Source: Nitrospirota bacterium
GTDB taxonomy: Bacteria > JACPQY01
DNA length: 37,435 bases
Assembly: GCA_016180645.1 (NCBI GenBank)
Contig: JACPAV010000031.1
Span: 1 to 37,435, forward strand
Direction of reading: 5' to 3'
The notes below the pieces were generated by a model. It searched no databases. It had not been told where the DNA came from and saw only the letters and a list, made by a program, of their open reading frames with translations. Numbering within the stretch: the first letter of the stretch is position 1; each line of letters starts with the position of its first letter. Shown in pieces: positions 16,837 through 24,980 of the stretch. The position numbers were made by a program, and so were the translations under genes.

Positions 16837-19434
16837 CTATTCCGGGGCTTTGAAATACCCCCGGTAGACCTCTCGGGCGCGGGCGAAATCTCTCAGACCC
16901 GAACTGATCGTCTGCCACATCGGGTCGGGCGACGACGCCAGCGCCTCGTATCCCTTCAATGCCTCCTTGGGGCTCTTGAGGAGTTCTTTGATGTAACTCA
17001 TGCGATACTGGGCCCATTCGCCTTTCTCCCCCTTCGAAGAGAGACGGTAGGCCTCTTCGTACGCCTTGAGCGCCGGCCCATACAGGCCGGCCATGTAGAA
17101 GCTGTCCGCAAGCTGGAAATGGGACTCCAGCACGGCGGGCGGCACTTCCCTGGATTTCTGTTTGGAGGCCAGCGCGAGCACGCTCACATAGGCCTCGGAA
17201 GCTTCCAGATATTTTTTCAGCGTGAAGAGCGAGTTCCCGATAAAGTAGAAGGCGGCGACGGCCCGGGGCGATTCGGGCTGGGCGACCAGGAACTGCCCCA
17301 GCGCGGCGATGGCCTCCGGGAATTTCCCTTGGTTGTACGTCGCTTCCCCAAGGGCGTAGAGCATCTCATTCCGGTATTTCCCGCTCGGAAAGAAATCAAG
17401 ATGCTTCTTGAGAATTTCCTCAGCGCGCGCAAAATCCCCTTCGCGCAGATAGGTGACTCCGATGAGATATCCACAATGCTCGTCCACTTCCTTGGTCGGC
17501 CATTTCTGGATCACGCGGTACAGGAACTCCCTCGCCTTGGCATACAGGCCCATTTCGTAGAAACTCTTGCCGAGCACGTACAGCACGTCCAAGTCGAACG
17601 CCCCTCGCAGGAAAGGCGATTCGATGTAGGAATCGTGCAGCTTGAGGACGGTCATGTAGTCGCCCGCCTCGTAGTAGTACCCGATGCCGTCTTTGAAGAT
17701 GTGGTACAGATCGCCCCTCGCCCCTTTCGCGAACCGGCCGTAGGGGAAGGTCTTCATCATTCTCTCCAACGCGCGGAGGGATTCGTCGTACCTGCGCTGC
17801 GTGAACATCAGGAGCGACAGTTTGTACAGCGCCGCTTCAGCCTGGGGCTGGAGAGGATGATGGCGGGCCACGCCGCGATAGATCGCTTCGGGGTTGACTT
17901 CATCGGTCGCCCACCACCCGCCGCGGAGCTTTGTGCGCACGGGCCGCTGGAGCGCGATGTCCGCGAGGCCAAGAAGCGCATAGCCGACGCTTTCGGACCC
18001 CTTGTACTGGCCTACCACTTTGGCATAAGCGTTCGCGGCGTTCGAGTAGTCCTTCTTCAGCGCGAGGACGTTGGCGATGCGGAGCTGCACCTCGTCCGCA
18101 AATTCGCGCCGGCCGTATTGCCCTTGGAGGTAAAAGAGGAGGGACAGCGCTTCATCGAAGAATTGCGTTTTCTCGAAGGCGAGAGCGAGCTTCAGCATCG
18201 CTTCGGGATGGAGCCGGATGAACCGCGGCCATCGCTTGTTCCCTTCGTTGTAAACGGTGAGGCTGTCTTCGTAGCGGCCGAGGATGACATCGAGGTCCGC
18301 CAGGCTGAAAATCGCCTCCGTCACTTGTTCGGCGTCGGGATGATCGTACACCACGCCCAAAAGGGTTTTCCGGCTGGAGTCGAACTCCCGAAGGTTGGCC
18401 TGCGACTTGGCCACCATGAGATCGACGCGGGGCCGGTAATCGCTGTCCGGATACTGTTCGCGGAAGAAGGCGCCCATGCCGAGGACGTAGGTGTTGAACC
18501 CGAGATACTGCGCCATTTCGATGATGCGGTAGTACCCGTGAGCCGCCAGGGGGGACGAGGGGAACCGAAGGGTCGCGTCGCGAAATGCGTTGTCCGCCAA
18601 CCGGTAGTAGAGTTTGTATCGGCGCGGCCGGCCTGAATTCTGATCCGCCCGTCCGATGCGGAAGAGGCACTCGCCCATGATGTAGAGTGCGGGTCCCGCC
18701 GTGGAGCTGTTGGGATACTTCTGAAGGAGAAACGCGAGCGTCTCCGTGGCCGGACCGCAGGAACCGCGGCGGAAGGCGGAGTAGCCGCGCTGGAAGACGG
18801 CGGCGTCGGCAAATCCCGGCGTGGGGCCGGTTGACGCTTTCTCGCCGCCGGGAATGGGCGGCGGCATGCCCGGCGCCTGGGCGACCCCGGCGTCCGGCTC
18901 CGCTTCCGGTTCGACGGAAGGCTTCCCGGCCAGACCCGCGACGATCGAGTAGACTTTTCGGAGCGGCCCCGTGATCGCGTCCAGGACTTTCGCCATAAAG
19001 CCCTTGTGGATTTCCTCCTTGGACGGCTCGGCGACCTTGACTTCCCGTCCGGGCTCCTTCTTCTTCGGCTCCTCCTTGGCCTTCGCGTCCTTCGTCTCGG
19101 CGGCCGCCTTTTCCTTGCCGGCCTTTTTCTCCTTGCCCTCGTCTTTCTTCTTGGCGGTCTTCTTGCCTTTCTTCTCCTCCTTCTTGCCCGCCTTCTTGGG
19201 TTCGCTTTCTCCGGACTCCGATTTCCCGAATAGCCGCGTGATGCTCCGCCGGATGACTTTGAAGATCCCGCCCTCTTCCTTGTGTTTGAAGTCGACGTCC
19301 TCCTCGGGAAGGATGACTTCGACGGGCGGAACGGCTTTGTGATGGTTGTTCTTCGGCTCGGCGGCGTGGAGAGCCTCGACGCGCGCGGCGAGGATGAGCG
19401 CCAAAATCAGTGCGAAGCGGGCCGGACGCAGCAT
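16837..19434 (-). CDS. Exported tetratricopeptide-repeat protein with a Lys/Glu-rich N-terminal linker
   Basis: Signal MLRPARFALILALILAARVEA; many TPR/YbgF-like repeats (YP.S...A.Y..G). Confidence 0.88.
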   Translation of the reverse strand: MLRPARFALILALILAARVEALHAAEPKNNHHKAVPPVEVILPEEDVDFKHKEEGGIFKVIRRSITRLFGKSESGESEPKKAGKKEEKKGKKTAKKKDEGKEKKAGKEKAAAETKDAKAKEEPKKKEPGREVKVAEPSKEEIHKGFMAKVLDAITGPLRKVYSIVAGLAGKPSVEPEAEPDAGVAQAPGMPPPIPGGEKASTGPTPGFADAAVFQRGYSAFRRGSCGPATETLAFLLQKYPNSSTAGPALYIMGECLFRIGRADQNSGRPRRYKLYYRLADNAFRDATLRFPSSPLAAHGYYRIIEMAQYLGFNTYVLGMGAFFREQYPDSDYRPRVDLMVAKSQANLREFDSSRKTLLGVVYDHPDAEQVTEAIFSLADLDVILGRYEDSLTVYNEGNKRWPRFIRLHPEAMLKLALAFEKTQFFDEALSLLFYLQGQYGRREFADEVQLRIANVLALKKDYSNAANAYAKVVGQYKGSESVGYALLGLADIALQRPVRTKLRGGWWATDEVNPEAIYRGVARHHPLQPQAEAALYKLSLLMFTQRRYDESLRALERMMKTFPYGRFAKGARGDLYHIFKDGIGYYYEAGDYMTVLKLHDSYIESPFLRGAFDLDVLYVLGKSFYEMGLYAKAREFLYRVIQKWPTKEVDEHCGYLIGVTYLREGDFARAEEILKKHLDFFPSGKYRNEMLYALGEATYNQGKFPEAIAALGQFLVAQPESPRAVAAFYFIGNSLFTLKKYLEASEAYVSVLALASKQKSREVPPAVLESHFQLADSFYMAGLYGPALKAYEEAYRLSSKGEKGEWAQYRMSYIKELLKSPKEALKGYEALASSPDPMWQTISSGLRDFARAREVYRGYFKAPE

Positions 19435-19438
19435 CGGA

Positions 19439-19882
19439 TCAGGACGCCCGATCCAGGTAGACTCCGCGGCGGGCCGGAATCCCGTAGGCCCCTTGAGCCT
19501 TGTTCCGGCGAGATCGGACTCGGGCGAGGTCCTCATGCACGGAAGTTTTCTTTGTTTTCATCCGCTTTTCAACCTCTTTGTCCAGGTGGAGCTGTTCCGC
19601 AAGCATGAGGGAAAGCATCTCACGATGCTCCTTCAGGGGTGAGACGGAAGCCTCTCGCAATGATTCGGGGTATGCATCGCCCAGGATTCCGGCGATGCGG
19701 GACTCCACGCGCTGGATTTTCTTGATCACACGACCCCGCCGGCGCACGCCGAAAAGGAGACGGAGGTCATCGTCCGCAGCCATCGATTCCAGCATGGTTT
19801 TCGTCGCATTGAGCAGCGCACGGTAGTAGAGAATCTCCAGCCGGAGATTTCTCTTGAGCAATGGCGGTTCCCCTTGTGGCAT
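19439..19882 (-). CDS. FliT/FlgN-like flagellar chaperone
   Basis: Helical 147-aa protein ending AY...GVYLDRAS; heads the flagellar block. Confidence 0.55.
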   Translation of the reverse strand: MPQGEPPLLKRNLRLEILYYRALLNATKTMLESMAADDDLRLLFGVRRRGRVIKKIQRVESRIAGILGDAYPESLREASVSPLKEHREMLSLMLAEQLHLDKEVEKRMKTKKTSVHEDLARVRSRRNKAQGAYGIPARRGVYLDRAS

Positions 19883-19892
19883 TCAATCCTCT

Positions 19893-19956
19893 ATTCTATC
19901 CATCGGTAGGTTTCACGTCAAGCAGAATCAAAAGAAATCAAAATAATTCAAAATAC
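19893..19956 (-). promoter_or_regulatory. sigma70 promoter with upstream phased A/T tracts
   Basis: TTGACG-N17-TAGAAT at 19921-19893; three (A/T)TCAAAA tracts about 10-11 bp apart further upstream. Confidence 0.75.
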
Positions 19957-20028
19957 TACATTTACACACAGACCTTCACCTCTTTCTGAAGATGATCGGC
20001 GATTTTGAGAAAAGACTTGAAATTCGGA

Positions 20029-20182
20029 CGCAGGCTGAAGCCTGCGGCTACCAGGAGCTACCGAGAGCTGCCAAGAGCGCAGGTCCATGGTAGGCGCAGG
20101 CCATGGTCCATGCCGTGCCATCCGTGGCACGGCGACATATCATGGCCCCATTCCCTCCGTGGCATGGGGCTTTACGCCTGCG
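20029..20182. repeat. GTAG REPs, one with nested CATCCGTG-loop hairpins
   Basis: CGCAGGCTGAAGCCTGCGGCTAC at 20029-20051; GTAGGCGCAGG...[GCCGTGCCATCCGTGGCACGGC]...TTTACGCCTGCG at 20090-20182. Confidence 0.75.
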
Positions 20183-20243
20183 GGGCCGCGCCAGGGCTCC
20201 AATTCCGCTTTACTCGAAACGGATGATTTGCTACGTTCGCCGA

Positions 20244-20807
20244 ATGACACCCAAAGAATTTTTCGAGAACACTTTGCCCTCTCTATTCAAGGGCGTGGCG
20301 GGCGGACAGCCTGAGCTTCAGCAGATCACCGGCGAGATGGAGATCGTGCTGCCGGAAGGCGGCACGTGGACGCTCGCGCTGGACAAAGGAAATCTGATCA
20401 CGAAGGAAGCCGCCGCGACCAATCCGATCGTTTCATTCACGCTATCCAGGCGGGATTGGGACCGCCTGATGCAAGGCGGAAGTTTCATGCCGATCGGTGC
20501 CGCGCCCGGTGGTGGAGCCAATCCCTTCAAGATGTCCCCCGCCCGTTTTGAAAAAGTGAAAATGCTCAAGGGCGAGCTGGTTTTTCATATCACCGAGCCA
20601 GGCGGCGAGGCACAAGACACGGTAATCCGGTTCAATCCGAAACAGGGAACCGGACCCCGCACGGAACTCGAGATGAATTCCGGCGACCTCAAGGATCTCT
20701 CAGAGGGAAAGGCCAATCCCCAACAGCTTTTCATGCAGGGAAAAATGCGCATCAAGGGCGACATGGCCTTCGCGATGCAGATCGGCTCCCTGGCCATGAT
20801 GGCCTGA
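20244..20807 (+). CDS. Tandem SCP2 sterol/lipid-binding domain protein
   Basis: GGTWTLALDKG; GKANPQQLFMQGKMRIKGDMAFAMQI. Confidence 0.85.
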   Translation: MTPKEFFENTLPSLFKGVAGGQPELQQITGEMEIVLPEGGTWTLALDKGNLITKEAAATNPIVSFTLSRRDWDRLMQGGSFMPIGAAPGGGANPFKMSPARFEKVKMLKGELVFHITEPGGEAQDTVIRFNPKQGTGPRTELEMNSGDLKDLSEGKANPQQLFMQGKMRIKGDMAFAMQIGSLAMMA

Positions 20808-20870
20808 GCTTCCTGGCCGACCACACTCGCACTCACCAGGCAAACCGGCAGCGACTCGACCCGCCCCTTT

Positions 20871-22553
20871 CTACGGGGTGACAGAACGCTCAATCGTGTT
20901 CGAATCGCGGCGGCCGGAGGCGTCGCGGGCGCGGACGACGAAGTAGGTGGTCGACCGGGGGTTGAATTTCATCAACGTGTAGCTTATTGCGCCTGGGACG
21001 GTTTCGTACGCCGCCCAGAAGTCGGCCGGGCAATAGCCGGATTTCGAAGATTGGCAGATTTCGTAGACGATCTGGTCGACCGGCGTGGCATCGTCCGACG
21101 CCGTTGCCCACTCCAGGACGACGTCTCCGTTCCCGGAGAGCCTGGCGCTTTGCAGGCCGCCGAACTGAGGAGCTTGGGGATCGGATTCGACAGCCGGTGA
21201 GTTCGGTTGGGAGGATGGAGCGATCGGCTCCGATGCCGTTGGAGTCGCGGTTTCGCTGGAAGGTGGGGGATCAACGGAGGTGGGTGGCGGCGGCTCGGTA
21301 GGAGTCGGCGTCGGTGGAGATCCGGGCATCGTCACCGTCATCTCCTTCACGTTCGCATCCCGATTTCCCGCTTCGTCCGTGGCGCGGACGACGAAGAAGT
21401 ATTTCGCTCCCGGCGTCAGGTCTTTGGCCGTGATCGTCTTTGCATACGTCGAGCCGGCCGGCTTGAAGTCCTTAACGCACTCTCCTTCGGTGGTCGAAAC
21501 GCAGTACGCGTACCAGATCGATCCGGCAGCAGACAGATCGTCCGTCGCCCCCTCCCAGGAGAGGACCACTTCCGTCGTGGAGTTGGAATTCGCTTCCTTG
21601 ATTCCACCGAAGGTCGGCGGGGTTGTATCCGCGCGCAACTTGCCGGCGGGAGATCGGATCCGGATCGACTTTTCGATCGCGTTCGACTCGATATTGCCCG
21701 ATTCGTCGCGCGCGCGGACAACGAAGAAATATTCTCCGGGGTTGTCCGGCTTGACTCTGTAGATCTGCTCGCCGGGCCGCGTTTTGTAGGCGGAGACAAA
21801 ATTGGACCCGCAGGCGCCTTTCTCCAGCGATTGGCAGATTTCATAGGCCATCCCGATGCTCGGGCTGACCTCGTCCGACGCCGGTTTCCACGTCAGAACG
21901 ATTTCGGCGCCGACGAATACTTCTTCGTACGGAGGGCATTCCGGCGGAGATTGGATCGTATCCAATCCCTCGAAATGGGCCGGAACGGTGTCCCCCGCAC
22001 CGAGCGCCCTCGGGAATTGCGTCAATTCGGAAAGCCGAAACGCCTCGTCGAAGATCTTCAATTGATGCGCCGTGGCTTCCGGCTGACCGTTGATCGGGCT
22101 CGGCGTGGTCATCGCCACCCGCGCGCCGTATTCGACCTTCAGGCGAATAATCGTTACGTTCATCGAATCCCGCCAGACCCGCTTCATGCTTTGGCCGATG
22201 ACAAACGGTTCGGCGAGGACATTGGGCGATTCGCGATAGTTCGCCGATGGGTGAATCCGGAGCTCATCGAGCGCGAACTGACTTTCATTGCTGAGAATCA
22301 TTTCCGGGGGCGGAGGCGGCGGCTCGATCAGCTTGCACACGGGCTTGGGGGGTGGGCCGACTGCCTCCTCTCCTGATGGAGCGTACGATCCCTCATACTT
22401 GTCCGAGCACGCGGCAAAGAGGAGGGAGAGGGCCAAACCCGATACCGCAACCTGGGTAGCGACCGCCCGGTAGCCGCACCCTTTACGGGTGCGTCCTCCA
22501 CGCAGGCTGAAGCCTGCGGCTACCAGACCATCCATCCGGTCGTCAAAACACAT
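20871..22553 (-). CDS. Lipoprotein with shared N-terminal domain and three Cys-containing fibronectin-III repeats
   Basis: Lipobox FAA-C; repeats P.FGG...L.W..A.DD...YEIC...YFFVVRARD.SGN; Pro/Thr linker. Confidence 0.85.
   Translation of the reverse strand: MCFDDRMDGLVAAGFSLRGGRTRKGCGYRAVATQVAVSGLALSLLFAACSDKYEGSYAPSGEEAVGPPPKPVCKLIEPPPPPPEMILSNESQFALDELRIHPSANYRESPNVLAEPFVIGQSMKRVWRDSMNVTIIRLKVEYGARVAMTTPSPINGQPEATAHQLKIFDEAFRLSELTQFPRALGAGDTVPAHFEGLDTIQSPPECPPYEEVFVGAEIVLTWKPASDEVSPSIGMAYEICQSLEKGACGSNFVSAYKTRPGEQIYRVKPDNPGEYFFVVRARDESGNIESNAIEKSIRIRSPAGKLRADTTPPTFGGIKEANSNSTTEVVLSWEGATDDLSAAGSIWYAYCVSTTEGECVKDFKPAGSTYAKTITAKDLTPGAKYFFVVRATDEAGNRDANVKEMTVTMPGSPPTPTPTEPPPPTSVDPPPSSETATPTASEPIAPSSQPNSPAVESDPQAPQFGGLQSARLSGNGDVVLEWATASDDATPVDQIVYEICQSSKSGYCPADFWAAYETVPGAISYTLMKFNPRSTTYFVVRARDASGRRDSNTIERSVTP
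22470..22523. repeat. 54-bp inverted REP doublet inside the 5' end of the lipoprotein ORF
   Basis: GTAGCCGCACCCTTTACGGGTGCG-tcctcca-CGCAGGCTGAAGCCTGCGGCTAC; right unit identical to 20029-20051. Confidence 0.88.
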
Positions 22554-24084
22554 ACGACACGGAGAGCGTGAAATCGGTCGTGTCGAGCGAGGCGGCGCCG
22601 ACGAACGAGCGCGGGCGCTCGAAAATGTCTTTCGCGGGGTTGTATTTCACGGGCGCGCGGAACTCGATGGGGTTCGGGTAGTCGAACTTCGGGTAGTAGC
22701 GCCATTCGGCAGTCCCGCTCACGGAGAGATGAATTTTCGGCACGCCGAACCCAAGCCGCCCCGCCACCGCGCCCGAACCGAGCCAGATCCATTGCGAGCC
22801 GATTTCCCGATGCTGCGCCAGTCGCACATCCGCCCACCGACGTTCAAGGACATTGGCGCCGCCCTCCGCCGTCAGGAACGAACGGACCGGGCCGAGCCGT
22901 AGGACCAGATCGAAACCGGCCCGCTGCCCCACGGCGGTGGACCGCAGATTGAGCCGGTAAGTGTTCGGCTCGGTGATGTCGATTTCCACTCCGGAATCGG
23001 GATCGGAAAAAAGGCCCTGCATGTCGGTCGTGTCCGGACGCTGCACCACCGGCACCCGCTCTCGGAAATCCGCGATGTCGATCGTCTGGTCCATGAAATC
23101 GACCGTTGGATAGATGAAAAGCCCCGTCTTCTTCGGGGTAGAATAGAGCGAGATTCGATAGCCGCTCGACCGCGCGTTCCCGCTCGCAACCACGCGGGAG
23201 CCGCTGCCGTCCTCGTCGCGAATCGAGGACGACACGCCGGCCAGCCCCTTGAAGGTGGTCAGCCGCACGCCGCCGAGCGCGCCGACGTAATTCCTCCACG
23301 CCGCTCTCCTGGGATCATCCTTCTCCTCCTTCTGGATGAGGTAGACCGTTCCATCCTGTTCCAAACTGATCCGGCGTTCCTCGGGCGCCGCCATCCCGGT
23401 CGCCTTCACAATACCGTAGATCTGACGCCATCCCGTCCCGGCGGCCACCGGTTCGGCGTAAGGCGCCTTCAGCGCCTCGAGAAATTCGCCGTGTTTGGCC
23501 GCGAGCGCCCTCGCCTGGGCACGGAACGTTTCGTGGTAGGCCCGGCGAAACGCATCCTCGATGTTCCGCCGGAGGAACCACGACCAGAACAGGATGTCAT
23601 AGGGCGCCTCGACCTCGGTGAAACTCGAATAAATTTCACGCCCGATGGGGTCAATGGCCCCCACTTTCATTCGCACAGTCACACTCCCCCACTCCGGTGT
23701 GAACGGCTGGTAGACGATCAAGCCGGGGAATACCGCGAGGGCATCCAGGAGCCACGTGCGCCGTGATTTGATTTTCGTTTCTATCCGCGCGTTCAACCAC
23801 AAGCCGTTCCCGGGAGGTCCTCCTTTCGCGCCCTTGAATCCGCAATGGGCCGTCACGTAGGTGAGGAACATATCCGACAGCATGCCGACCCTGTAGATGT
23901 CCCACTCCTTCAGACTCGCCACCTCGAAATCGCCAATGGCCACGGGGATGGCTTCGCAGTTTTCCTCAAGGACCATGTCTTCCGAGGAGGGATAACGCGG
24001 GATCATGACCCGGTGTGCGAATTGACAGGCGGGGAGCAGGAGACCGATCAGGCCCACAATCGCGAAGGAGCGGCTACACGCCAT
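22543..24084 (-). CDS. Lipoprotein with an N-terminal domain fused to a putative outer-membrane beta-barrel (paralog B)
   Basis: MACSRSFAIVGLIGLLLPA-C lipobox; C-terminal ~260 aa align with 26463-27401; ends FTLSVSYVF. Confidence 0.75.
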   Translation of the reverse strand: MACSRSFAIVGLIGLLLPACQFAHRVMIPRYPSSEDMVLEENCEAIPVAIGDFEVASLKEWDIYRVGMLSDMFLTYVTAHCGFKGAKGGPPGNGLWLNARIETKIKSRRTWLLDALAVFPGLIVYQPFTPEWGSVTVRMKVGAIDPIGREIYSSFTEVEAPYDILFWSWFLRRNIEDAFRRAYHETFRAQARALAAKHGEFLEALKAPYAEPVAAGTGWRQIYGIVKATGMAAPEERRISLEQDGTVYLIQKEEKDDPRRAAWRNYVGALGGVRLTTFKGLAGVSSSIRDEDGSGSRVVASGNARSSGYRISLYSTPKKTGLFIYPTVDFMDQTIDIADFRERVPVVQRPDTTDMQGLFSDPDSGVEIDITEPNTYRLNLRSTAVGQRAGFDLVLRLGPVRSFLTAEGGANVLERRWADVRLAQHREIGSQWIWLGSGAVAGRLGFGVPKIHLSVSGTAEWRYYPKFDYPNPIEFRAPVKYNPAKDIFERPRSFVGAASLDTTDFTLSVSYVF

Positions 24085-24095
24085 GCGATCTCCGA

Positions 24096-24111
24096 TGCAA
24101 GCGGCGTGCCA
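24096..24111 (-). promoter_or_regulatory. sigma54 -24/-12 promoter
   Basis: TGGCACGCCGCTTGCA, exact consensus, 11 nt before ATG 24084. Confidence 0.8.
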
Positions 24112-24122
24112 CCGGAAATGGG

Positions 24123-24980
24123 CTACACGACCTGAAAACCTTTTTCCGTAATGTCGAATTCCAGCTCTTCGGCTCGATGGTTGCTCCCCCGATGTTTCAG
24201 AATGCGCAGCGAGCGACACCGCGTTTCGTGCTCCTCTCTCCACCCCATGAGGATCAATGTGGAGGCGTTGTATTCGGGCCCGTCGAGCGGAATGGGTGCG
24301 CGAATGAGATCTTCCAGCATGATCTCCCGCGCCGTGACGAGCAGAACGGTCGTCACCGCTTTCTCGTCGTAGCGATGCGCGTCCACAAAAGATTTCTTGA
24401 ATCTGAAATTCTCCCGCAGGGCCTCCCGGGCCAGCCACTCCGGTTCCAGCCGGATGTACTGCTCGAATACGGTCTCGATGAACTCCGCCTGCGAGGAGGG
24501 CCGTTCCCCCAGCGGCTCGATGCCATCCACGATCACCCGCTTCCGCCCCTGGGCGAAACCCTGGTAGAGAAAGGCCGCGGTGAGCTGGAGCCGGGTTTGG
24601 AGCTGAAGGGCCCATCTCTCCGGGTCCTTGGTGACACCCAGTCCCAGTCCCGCGAAGGGGCGATACAAGTCGAACGAAGCCGGCCGCGATCGAAGGTTGC
24701 GCGCTCCGGGCAAGCCGTCTTTCTCCGTGATCGACCAGCGATGGAGCCTCCGGGCGATCGCCTTCTCGCCTTGATCGTCGCCTCGGGAAGCCAGATCCAG
24801 GATCAATCCCGGATGCCGCTCCTGATTCCGCCCGGCGTTCGCGATGCTCATGCCGAGATGCGATTTCCCGATCCCCGTGGCGCCCACGATGACCGCCAGC
24901 GTGCCCGGCACCAGCCCGCCGCCAAGAGCCTCATCCAGGGCCGCCACTCCCGTGCGGTACCTCGTGGAGCGGCTCCCCAT
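24123..24980 (-). CDS. Single-domain KaiC/RAD55-like RecA-superfamily ATPase
   Basis: TGVAALDEALGGGL, GATGIGKS, RVIVDG, RSLRILKHRGS; TAATG overlap with the upstream gene. Confidence 0.88.
   Translation of the reverse strand: MGSRSTRYRTGVAALDEALGGGLVPGTLAVIVGATGIGKSHLGMSIANAGRNQERHPGLILDLASRGDDQGEKAIARRLHRWSITEKDGLPGARNLRSRPASFDLYRPFAGLGLGVTKDPERWALQLQTRLQLTAAFLYQGFAQGRKRVIVDGIEPLGERPSSQAEFIETVFEQYIRLEPEWLAREALRENFRFKKSFVDAHRYDEKAVTTVLLVTAREIMLEDLIRAPIPLDGPEYNASTLILMGWREEHETRCRSLRILKHRGSNHRAEELEFDITEKGFQVV

Noticed and set aside
16786-18636. Long plus-strand ORFs (616 aa here; also 6108-7175, 7046-8338, 14082-15254, 31334-32647)
   Set aside because: Antisense shadows of well-supported genes in GC-rich DNA
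24085-24615. 5' extension of the 690-aa ORF
   Set aside because: Overlaps the KaiC-like gene; the lipoprotein signal and sigma54 box put the start at 24084
24123-24980. Circadian kaiC or recA
   Set aside because: Single domain, no kaiA/kaiB nearby, lacks RecA signature motifs
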